From sequence record MW218148.1: a DNA stretch of 64,000 nt; one strand, given 5' to 3'. Position numbers and translations under genes: made by a program. Shown one piece after another: positions 10,701 through 18,600 of the stretch (within the stretch, counting starts at the first letter, position 1; each line of letters begins with the position of its first letter). Under the pieces are notes generated by a model. It had not been told where the DNA came from. It searched no databases and saw only the letters and a list, made by a program, of their open reading frames with translations.

Positions 10701-10880
10701 GCAACAGAATTAAACTCTTACCTTACTCGTTACGTATCTAATCGTAGCTGTGAAAATATCCAATCTGAAGTTAGTTCTGATGAGTACGATAAATCACAAC
10801 GTATTGTACGTGTTAAAATCTCTGTTAAATTCAACAATGTTATTGAACGTATCTTCATTGACATTAACGTTGAAAAATAA
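7734..10880 (+). CDS. Contractile tail sheath protein with a large central insertion
   Basis: N-terminal HPSV...EFIFKYGEP...YVLRV and C-terminal RVKISVKFNNVIERIFIDINV sheath signatures; highly-expressed-type codon usage. Confidence 0.85.
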   Translation: MADFMYLHPSVQTQINSYQNNYPTAQGAVTLFAADTFEKGKDGVIDFVGTEEEFIFKYGEPNYTKYGQSAYNILNWLRSGGQAYVLRVLPKNATYAHAILNVQSRVQKEGKKVLTESNEVVKVDDVKIRPTIAFVKKNNRNIEELVNEITLDRGNEQTVDGYNNNFLMLAYPNGRGESYNDLGIRLTLNTSYDTSGRTERVYNLEVLEFDEFSNVNVIDGPFLVTFDPDSISDTGESMFIEEVVNRYSKYINIKFNLDNFHSLAKEINPNVHPASIDVISGRSKMNLDGSPETFYSEKTKQSEDVHLSLHRYNNKGIPVTISGKNVLNKPDFNDPVENALISLDNGMREKTFVTDSDRLSYMRDQYKTLRSDSFTEFKSLLNKIIVPAGGLFEDDAGSLPKTIKDNLVSAKLTNDDVVADIEDEEAVEEELATKYKPSEINFGGTPAGAVKRLSDDYKTYFDDSNEENLSAVLSGTEEIGSLLLNEILDNGNKLNAAYELVYKSNSGISSNPKYQADVKELRDVLAQKDQIRIFGIQHKSNILDITNDVAELRIGMKSVTNLEGMSKVLNDTETELRYVIDNLMPAVREGLPADAVDFINTVDTDGDGEKELVSPEAMLNSLADKQMLVDDISTGLMEDNAANREEVFVACNEIANQLVDLINRAVSVSSVYKIARAVRIAANTIYYDIATFRKNIDEMIQTRSNYTERDITLNAHQNIELAVANLNKANSKYFNTNLIDVSSPVKFLFGSDGDFSYNEDISYKDRKNSVNRELIKAYKGLVDEEITNTKAYPIDVVLDARYSNEVKFAISELAKNVRKDFIFLADTITDRYPVSPEDAIRWRKEEFAVSSEYTAIYTQDLTYYDEYTGRDIRFTPTYRLASMIPYQAINTGLHYPLAGPRRGLVEGHKALSWAPNEPYKEKLYASKLNYIEKDVDRTKFGSQMTSIKSDGPLSNLNNIFTLNQIKRDAESLVSDYQFELNDDETRSIMATELNSYLTRYVSNRSCENIQSEVSSDEYDKSQRIVRVKISVKFNNVIERIFIDINVEK

Positions 10881-10890
10881 TTAAACATTT

Positions 10891-10925
10891 ATGGAATGTG
10901 ATTAATTTCACATTCCATTTTATTA
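10891..10925 (+). terminator. Terminator between sheath and tube
   Basis: ATGGAATGTGA-ttaatt-TCACATTCCAT plus T tract. Confidence 0.8.
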
Positions 10926-11021
10926 TATAAATCTTTATATTAAATTATAATATATTGAATTCATGATAAACTCTATATTATACATTAGTATAAATAGATT
11001 AAGAAAAGGAGAAAATAACAT

Positions 11022-11798
11022 ATGATTTTACCAAGTAAAAAGAATCAGGCTACATTTAATGAAAAAATAGCCACTAATAAGTACTTTTATAATGGTCATA
11101 TGAATCTTCAGACTCTTGAATTTGATCCGTATGTAACGGGCTATTCATTTATTGTTTGGACTAAAGTACCTTTCTGGGTTGAAAAGAAATTCCCTGATTT
11201 CAAATTCATGACACAGAAAAACTTTAAATCATTCCAAGGTCTAGAAAATATCGAAATGACTACAAATGATTACATGCATACGTTTAACGGTAATAACTAT
11301 CGTACAGCTGCAAGTATCACTAAAGGAAACACTGGATTCCAAATAACTCACCAAGAATTCTCTGGTAGTCCAATTAAAAATATGTATCAATATTGGGTAT
11401 CTGGTATTCGTGATCCTCGTACAGGTATTGCTACTTACCCTAAAATTGAAGATGTTGAATATGCGGCTAAAAACCATACAGGTGAATTAATTTATATCCA
11501 AACACGTCCAGACGTTAACAACGTAAACAAAAATAACATTGAGTTTGCGGCTTACTATACTGCTGTAATGCCTACACGTATTTCTCTTGATCACCATAAC
11601 TATACTATGGAAACTCATGAAGAAGTACAAATTGAGCAAGACTTTGCAGGTAATATGGAAATTTCTTCTCGTGTAAATGATTATGCAAAAGTTAAACTTA
11701 GAGAAGTTTACAGCTTCATTGAACAAGGCATGTACGATCCTAAAAATCCTACAAAAGCTGGAGACAAAATAGCTGACTTTGATTACGACAAAGGATAA
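11022..11798 (+). CDS. Tail tube protein
   Basis: Follows sheath; ITHQEFSGSPI...QYWVSGI.DPRTG...YYTAVMP pattern typical of jumbo myophage tubes. Confidence 0.75.
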   Translation: MILPSKKNQATFNEKIATNKYFYNGHMNLQTLEFDPYVTGYSFIVWTKVPFWVEKKFPDFKFMTQKNFKSFQGLENIEMTTNDYMHTFNGNNYRTAASITKGNTGFQITHQEFSGSPIKNMYQYWVSGIRDPRTGIATYPKIEDVEYAAKNHTGELIYIQTRPDVNNVNKNNIEFAAYYTAVMPTRISLDHHNYTMETHEEVQIEQDFAGNMEISSRVNDYAKVKLREVYSFIEQGMYDPKNPTKAGDKIADFDYDKG

Positions 11799-11812
11799 AA
11801 AAATGTAATAAA

Positions 11813-11846
11813 ATCCCCTAATACTAAATTAATAGTATTAGGGGAT
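11813..11846. terminator. Bidirectional terminator between convergent genes
   Basis: ATCCCCTAATACTA-aattaa-TAGTATTAGGGGAT, with A tract before and T tract after. Confidence 0.85.
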
Positions 11847-11851
11847 ATATT

Positions 11852-14017
11852 TTATCTGCTTACTCTTTTATAAATATGTGCAAAAGTAATATCATCTAGA
11901 TTAACTGAATTATTTAACAGTACTTCTTTCCAATTATCTCCAAGATCATAAATCATTTCTGATAGATCTTCTTCTATATAATTTTGTAATGGTATTAATT
12001 TTGAATCATATTTACTAAATCTTTTTACATAACTTTCAAAGTTAGACTCATCAGATACATATTTAATAGATTCAAATATATAAGGTTTGAATATCATATA
12101 TCTATCAAATTGCATATCATCATGAGCCATAACTAATTTAGGTAGATAATAAGATTTAATAGGAACCATAAACTCTAAGCCTTGAATATTATTCTTATAA
12201 TGGACTTCATAAGTTAACTTCTTATCAGACCAGTCATAGTTATTAATGGCATAGTGTATAGGTTCTTCTTTGATATAGAACTCTATTCCATCATTATTAT
12301 AACTTTGTACAGAGTTGAAAGATCTAGGATCTGTATCAGAATCAATATTATCTAATTCATTGTTTGCATTAGTCATTACATAATCTTCATATATAAAGTA
12401 ATAATTATTTATATTTGGATACAATAAAGCTTTTTTATTTACATCCGAATGTTTTTTAACTATATTTGAGTTTATAATTAATGAATCAAATATGAAGTTA
12501 TTTTCGTCAGGAACAGTTATACTTATTTCATTCTCCTTCTTAAGATAAACTTCTTTAACATACTCATCTATATTTAAATCATTATAACGTTTATATACAC
12601 CTAGAGTACATAAACCATTATGATCTTCATGAACTTTACCTAAGAATAATTTATTATTTATCTTTATGATAGCTTCTTCTTGTTTAGAATATTTAATATC
12701 ATCAGAATTACTTTTTCTTCTAAATAAGATTTTAAAATCATACATACCAGATTCAATTAAACTAATATTGTTCTTAACTGTACCAGTGGTCAAAGAGAAT
12801 TTATCAGATAAACTGACTGATTCTTCTATAGTATATACTTCATCATCTATCCTAGCTGTTTCTAAAGTTTTACCTGTTCCTTCATTATAAGAATCATTAT
12901 CTATATAGAAGTCATTTATTGGAATTATAGTTCTAGTTCCTACTTTAAACTGACTTTCTTGTTTAGTGTAGAAAGGATTTTTAGCTTCTGGAACTTCTAC
13001 TTCTTTTAACAATATAGCATCTATATCATTTTCTTTAGTAGAAAATCTTTCATCATATTCAAATTTAAATACATGAGTTCCCTCTTCCAGATATACAGGT
13101 TTCTCTTCAAAGTATTCATCGGTAATATCATTATAACTCTCTAATAACGATCTAAACCATACTAGATTTCTATTAGTTGGAGTTCTAAAGTAATAACCAA
13201 CATTATCTATGAATACTTTATTTACTGTACCGTTATTAAAGTGATTACCAGCACTAAATCTTACCTCATAATATGCTGAATTAGGTATATTAATTTTCAT
13301 CTCTAATATACCATCTTCTATAGTCACGTATCCGTCACCTAAGAATCTGTCATATCCTGAGTTTCGCTTATATGCTCCATCAAACTCACTCTTTCTAGTT
13401 CTATAAACACTACCTAAATAAGCATCATAGAATATTCTTCCATCCTCTATGAGACCATTATAAATGATACCATCCTTTAACTCAGGATTTTTTAATAATT
13501 TTTTATTGAAAGCATAATCTTTAGGATAATTGTTATTATCCTTATATACTGGAGGATAAGGCTCTATTTTCACCTCACTTTCTACCAGATTATTAAAATT
13601 TACATCTTCATATTCAATATTCCCTATATAGTTTGTATCATAAATTCTTTCAGTTTTACCTAAATAATTATAATAAATAGTGAATAAATCATATTTTAAT
13701 TCACCTATTAACTCATAAGGTCTTTCCTCATATACCATAACTTCTTTAGTTAAATCACTTTGTTCTAATATAGGATTTTCGATAGCATATTCATCTTTAA
13801 AATATTCAATTGACTTGATTAAATCAACTTCATTATCTTCATTAAATGATAACTTTTTATATTCTTCTGAATTGAATTCTATCTTTAAAAGTAATTTATT
13901 TCTTTTTTTAGTTTTAGTTGTAATTAATGGTCTATTCTCATTATCTTTAATTTTAGTAATGACAATTTCTCCATTATTATTTTTATCTATTAATTCTTCT
14001 ATCCTGTATAACTTCAT
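11852..14017 (-). CDS. Putative tail/baseplate structural protein with two CBM6/35-like beta-sandwich repeats
   Basis: 721 aa. YYEVRF..VFIDN..VYLEEGTHVFKF and GMYDFKI..IKINN..VYLKKENEISI repeats; located in the tail operon. Confidence 0.5.
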   Translation of the reverse strand: MKLYRIEELIDKNNNGEIVITKIKDNENRPLITTKTKKRNKLLLKIEFNSEEYKKLSFNEDNEVDLIKSIEYFKDEYAIENPILEQSDLTKEVMVYEERPYELIGELKYDLFTIYYNYLGKTERIYDTNYIGNIEYEDVNFNNLVESEVKIEPYPPVYKDNNNYPKDYAFNKKLLKNPELKDGIIYNGLIEDGRIFYDAYLGSVYRTRKSEFDGAYKRNSGYDRFLGDGYVTIEDGILEMKINIPNSAYYEVRFSAGNHFNNGTVNKVFIDNVGYYFRTPTNRNLVWFRSLLESYNDITDEYFEEKPVYLEEGTHVFKFEYDERFSTKENDIDAILLKEVEVPEAKNPFYTKQESQFKVGTRTIIPINDFYIDNDSYNEGTGKTLETARIDDEVYTIEESVSLSDKFSLTTGTVKNNISLIESGMYDFKILFRRKSNSDDIKYSKQEEAIIKINNKLFLGKVHEDHNGLCTLGVYKRYNDLNIDEYVKEVYLKKENEISITVPDENNFIFDSLIINSNIVKKHSDVNKKALLYPNINNYYFIYEDYVMTNANNELDNIDSDTDPRSFNSVQSYNNDGIEFYIKEEPIHYAINNYDWSDKKLTYEVHYKNNIQGLEFMVPIKSYYLPKLVMAHDDMQFDRYMIFKPYIFESIKYVSDESNFESYVKRFSKYDSKLIPLQNYIEEDLSEMIYDLGDNWKEVLLNNSVNLDDITFAHIYKRVSR

Positions 14018-14052
14018 GGAATAATATCACTCTTTCTATTATTTATTTTAAT

Positions 14053-15555
14053 TTAGCTAATTGAATTTAATCCAATACTGTTAGGATGAGGATTTGCTTT
14101 GGATTTATATCCATAAATTGTATCATCAATTTGTTGTTTAAATACTCTTCCTTTTAATACTTGCATACTTCTTGAATATTGATTTTGCATATTAATTTGA
14201 GCTTTATCTATAATTGATAGTTGATCTCTTCTTATACCTGCTAAACAATCAATATAAGAAACTAATCCTGTATTAAATTTCATACGTTGGAATGATTTTG
14301 AAGCCATTAAGTTAGGATACATATCTCTTATATTCATAGATACTGAAATTTCTCTAGGGAAACCGTCTGCTGTCCAAGTAGCTTCTTCACCACGAACTAT
14401 ATTCATAGATGTTATAATTCCTGTATGACATTCAAATCTACCAGGGCAATTCGCTCTTACTAAGAAAGGTTGTTTATAAGAGAATATTGAATCTTGTAAT
14501 GGTAAAGCTAATACTAATAATGACATAAATGGTAAGTATACATTTTCAAATATAGATTGTGGATCTCCATACGCACTATAGAATTTAAATTCTAAGTTAT
14601 AAGTACGGTCAAAAGTTGAGTTCATCCAAACATCAGGATAATACATTGATGCTCCATCTAAGTTCTCCATAAAGTTACCTACTATACCGCCTAATACTGG
14701 CATGTTTGATACCATATCATTAATACTATCTTTAATAGAACGAGTAATTTTACCTAATATTGAAGCTCCACCAATACGTGCCATTTCTTTTTCTTCACGT
14801 ATTTCTTGGTTTTTATTATTAATTTGTGAGGCTATATCAGATTGATTATACTCATGCATTGCAGATTCAGATACACTAGTAGCTTTATCAGCATAATAAG
14901 CTAAACCATAGTTTTTATCATCTAAAGATCCACCTAAATCGAATGCACCTTTTAGACCCATAGAAGCATGTAATTGACTTCCCATAGTTTGTACATATTT
15001 ATAGTACTCACTCATTTTAGGTTCAAAGCTAATCATACGTCCATCTTTAGTATTACCTATACCAACTAATCCAGCTGTGGTATTTGCTAATCTATCTAAA
15101 CCTGATCCAAAGCTCCATAGTTTACCTTCTCCGGGTTTACCGAATAATTTACCATTTAATTTAGGCATACCAGGCATTATAAATACTAACGGTAAATCTA
15201 ATTCAAATGTTCTTTTATAAATACGTCTATTAGGATCATCTAAACTAGAATAATACATAGGCATACCAAATACATCTAATTCACCTTTAACACTTCTTAA
15301 TTGAGATTTATCGGAAGCCCCATATTCAGAAATATCACGAGCATTACCCATAACATCACGGAACTGCCCTAAATCTTTCTGAGTTGGATCATATTCATGA
15401 TAATCATAATCCCCTTTAGTTTCATCTGGTTGAGGTATTAAAGCTATGTCTTCATCTCTTATATTAAGCTTTTCCATTGCATCTTGTTTAGCTTTTTGTT
15501 CTGCTTTTTCTGTTTGTTCTTTTACGTCTTTTTCGTTAGGCAATTTAAATCTCAC
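14053..15555 (-). CDS. Baseplate/tail-tube initiator-like protein (T4 gp48/gp54-like C-terminal region)
   Basis: GTG start. RTYNLEFKF...PFLVR...IITSMNIVRG...WTADGFPREISVSMNIRD.YP. Confidence 0.6.
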   Translation of the reverse strand: MRFKLPNEKDVKEQTEKAEQKAKQDAMEKLNIRDEDIALIPQPDETKGDYDYHEYDPTQKDLGQFRDVMGNARDISEYGASDKSQLRSVKGELDVFGMPMYYSSLDDPNRRIYKRTFELDLPLVFIMPGMPKLNGKLFGKPGEGKLWSFGSGLDRLANTTAGLVGIGNTKDGRMISFEPKMSEYYKYVQTMGSQLHASMGLKGAFDLGGSLDDKNYGLAYYADKATSVSESAMHEYNQSDIASQINNKNQEIREEKEMARIGGASILGKITRSIKDSINDMVSNMPVLGGIVGNFMENLDGASMYYPDVWMNSTFDRTYNLEFKFYSAYGDPQSIFENVYLPFMSLLVLALPLQDSIFSYKQPFLVRANCPGRFECHTGIITSMNIVRGEEATWTADGFPREISVSMNIRDMYPNLMASKSFQRMKFNTGLVSYIDCLAGIRRDQLSIIDKAQINMQNQYSRSMQVLKGRVFKQQIDDTIYGYKSKANPHPNSIGLNSIS

Positions 15556-15582
15556 ATCCTTTTAATTTCTGAAATAATATAA

Positions 15583-15616
15583 GCGGATATGACATATAAT
15601 AAATTGTCATATCCGC
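15583..15616 (-). terminator. Hairpin (terminator or 5-prime stem-loop) upstream of the 500-aa gene
   Basis: GCGGATATGACA / TGTCATATCCGC 12-bp inverted repeat. Confidence 0.65.
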
Positions 15617-15630
15617 ATTATTTTACTATA

Positions 15631-15643
15631 TAAATGAGTTGTT
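15631..15643 (-). promoter_or_regulatory. Possible late promoter AACA-N7-TA
   Basis: AACA ACTCATT TA on the minus strand. Confidence 0.35.
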
Positions 15644-15672
15644 CTGACATTTATATATTTTATTAACTTTAA

Positions 15673-18600
15673 TTACTTACCTGAGAAGATTGGAATAGCA
15701 GAACGAACATCAATATTGAAATGATCGCCATAAGCTCTATTGATAGCTTCTTGTAAATCAGGATTTCCTGTAGAAGGAGTAAATGGATCATTAGGGTTAG
15801 TAACGCTACCATTATTTCCATTATTTCCATTAGTGCCGTCATTACCATTGCTACCATTATTACTTCCATTTCCTCCAGTTCCATTAGAACCGTTAGAACC
15901 ATTATTTCCAGTACCATTACTTCCATTAGAACCGTTAGATCCATTAGATCCATTTGAACCATTGATACCGTCCATATTTTTAAGATTTTCTTTAATAATC
16001 TTTTCAAGTTCTTTATTTATAGATTTAACAATGACATTTCCTTTAGAATCTACTAAGTCGCCGTTCTTATTGATAGTTGTGTTATTGAATATATTGTCAC
16101 CTTTATTAATATTGGTATTATTTTTACCTTTAAATGACATTTTCTTAAGTTGTTCTAACATCTTAGCTGTATTCTTATCAATATTGCTAGTGTGTTTAGT
16201 AATTTCATCTAAATCTAAACGTTTTTGTTTATCTACTTGCATAGGGCCATTTTTATAGCTTACTGTAGAATTATTATAATTATTTGTAATATTGTAAATA
16301 TTTCTTACAGTATTGTTATTACCTTGAATGATTTGTTGAGAGTTATTACCCCCATTTGTAGAAGAACTGTTATTATAATTATTATTAATTACAGAAGAAT
16401 TATTATTATTTGTATTATTATTTGAAACAGAACTACTAGATCCAGAAGGAGTATTGTTACCAACATATTCTTTTGAATCACCTGAATCTGATGAAGATGG
16501 TGAACCTGAACTTGATCCATTTCCTGAATCTCCACCTTCAGAATCTTCTCCATCTGATCCACTTCCTGAATCTGATTCAGAGGAAGATTTGCCTGCTTTA
16601 GATTTAAGTTCTTCTTGCTGTTGTTGGTCAATTTTCTTAGCTTCTTCATAATCAATACCATAAATCTGAGCGTAACGTTTCATTAAACGATCATTTAATT
16701 CTTCTTGTTCATCTTCATCCATACGAGTATCGTCTCTACCGGTAATAGAACCATACCAAGTACCATTTTTAAAACTATATTCAGAAGCACCAGGAGATCC
16801 TTCTGCTGAAGATGAGGAACCTTCAGAGTCACCATCAACTGCTTCGGATCCTCCTCCACCGTATCTCATATAACCATCTATTCCCCATTTAGGGTTTTTA
16901 TATTTATCGGCACTATTGACAACAACACCTTCAACACCATTAGCTTCGACTTGTTTACCATTACCAATGTATAATGTTACGTGACCAATGTTATCACATA
17001 AAATAATATCTCCGACTTTTAAGTCACTAGGGTCTTTAGCTTTAATCTTCTTGAAAGGAGTTTCTCCATTCCAGAAAGTGTAAGTTGTTGCATTAATATT
17101 CATTTCTAAACCGGCTTTTTTGAATGCTCTGGCAATTAAACTAGAACAGTCAAATGAATTAGCTCCTTGACGGTTAGGTTGAGAATAAGAAGCACCTTTC
17201 TGAGCAACAGCCCATTTTACAGCTTTATTAATTTTAGCGGTTTCACTACCTTTACCGCCTCCACCACCGACAAACTGTTTAATAGGAGGGTTTCCTTTTA
17301 TTAAACCATTACTGCTATACTTCTTACCACTAGTAGTTTTAGACATATTTGAAAATTGTTCTAAAGAACCATCATCAATTATATATCCAAGACCTCCTCC
17401 ACCTTTTGATTTAGTGGATTTACTTTTACTTCCAGAACCACTGAATTTTTTGATATAAGAATTACCAGAAGAAATACGAGCACCTAAAGCTGGTACCCCT
17501 GCTCTTTCATACTTACTAACCCAAGAAGCTGCAGCGTCTCCTACAGAATTAGTTGTTTTAAGATGAGCAAGTGCTGCTGATTCAGATCCTTGTAATTCTT
17601 TCCACATATAATCTAATTGTAAGTCCAAGTCAGACCATTTCTTATTCTTTTCTTCAGCGTATTTCATTAATCCTTGTCTACGAGTGTTATCCCATTGAGC
17701 AATACCAATACCATATCCTGAGATAGAACTTTTAGCTTTACTTTCATCAAAAGCAACGTCACCTTGAACTCGATCTGATTGCATACCAGATTCGTGTGCA
17801 AAGTTACCCATTACACCAGCTACTTGTTCATCTGAAAGACCTTTATCTTTTAAGAAATTCCATATCTTTTCAGCGCCTTCTCCGTCAATAGATGAAGCAT
17901 CACTGCCTGAAGAGGATGCTGAACTATCTGATGATGAACCTGAGCTACCTGCCATAAAGCCGGCCATTATATCATTCATCATTCCACCAAGTTTATCGAA
18001 CCAATCTCCGATTTTGTTTACAACTTCCCCACCTGGATTAGCTATATCCATTTCAGATTTTTTCTTTTTCTTCTTACTTAATAAAGAATAAAAAGGAGAC
18101 ATACGCATCATAGTTTCAGCTAATTTCTTAGGAGTCTTTTTAAGTTTACTCATAAGGTTTTTAGGCATTAATTTATTCATTTGATGACCAATTCTACCCA
18201 TTACAGATAATGGAGAATCTTTCATAGCTCCATCTACATCTTTCTTAATAGAGTCTCTAGTTTTTCCGGCAGAATCTTCTACTTGTTTCTTAGCATCCTT
18301 ACTAGCTTTATCTGACATTCCTTGCATTTCAGCAATTTCTTTCTTAGCACGTTCAGAAGCTTCTCCTTCAATACCTTCTTGATATGAACTCAATTCTTCC
18401 TTACTAGCTTCAACCATTTCTTTACTTACATTACCCATTTCTTCTTCATGGTTTGAGAATTTGTCTTTAAGCCAGTTCCAACCAGATTTAATTAACCCAG
18501 TTCCGCCTTGAATTAAAGTTGATGTCATTCCTACTATATTACTTATACCTTTTCCTGCTAAGGCTAAAGGTGCCATCATTAACATAGAAGCTCCACCAAC

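Noticed and set aside
15740-16258. Pro/Leu repeat ORF on plus, and the overlapping 15669-16007 minus ORF
   Set aside because: Alternative frames of the Gly-Ser-Asn repeat.
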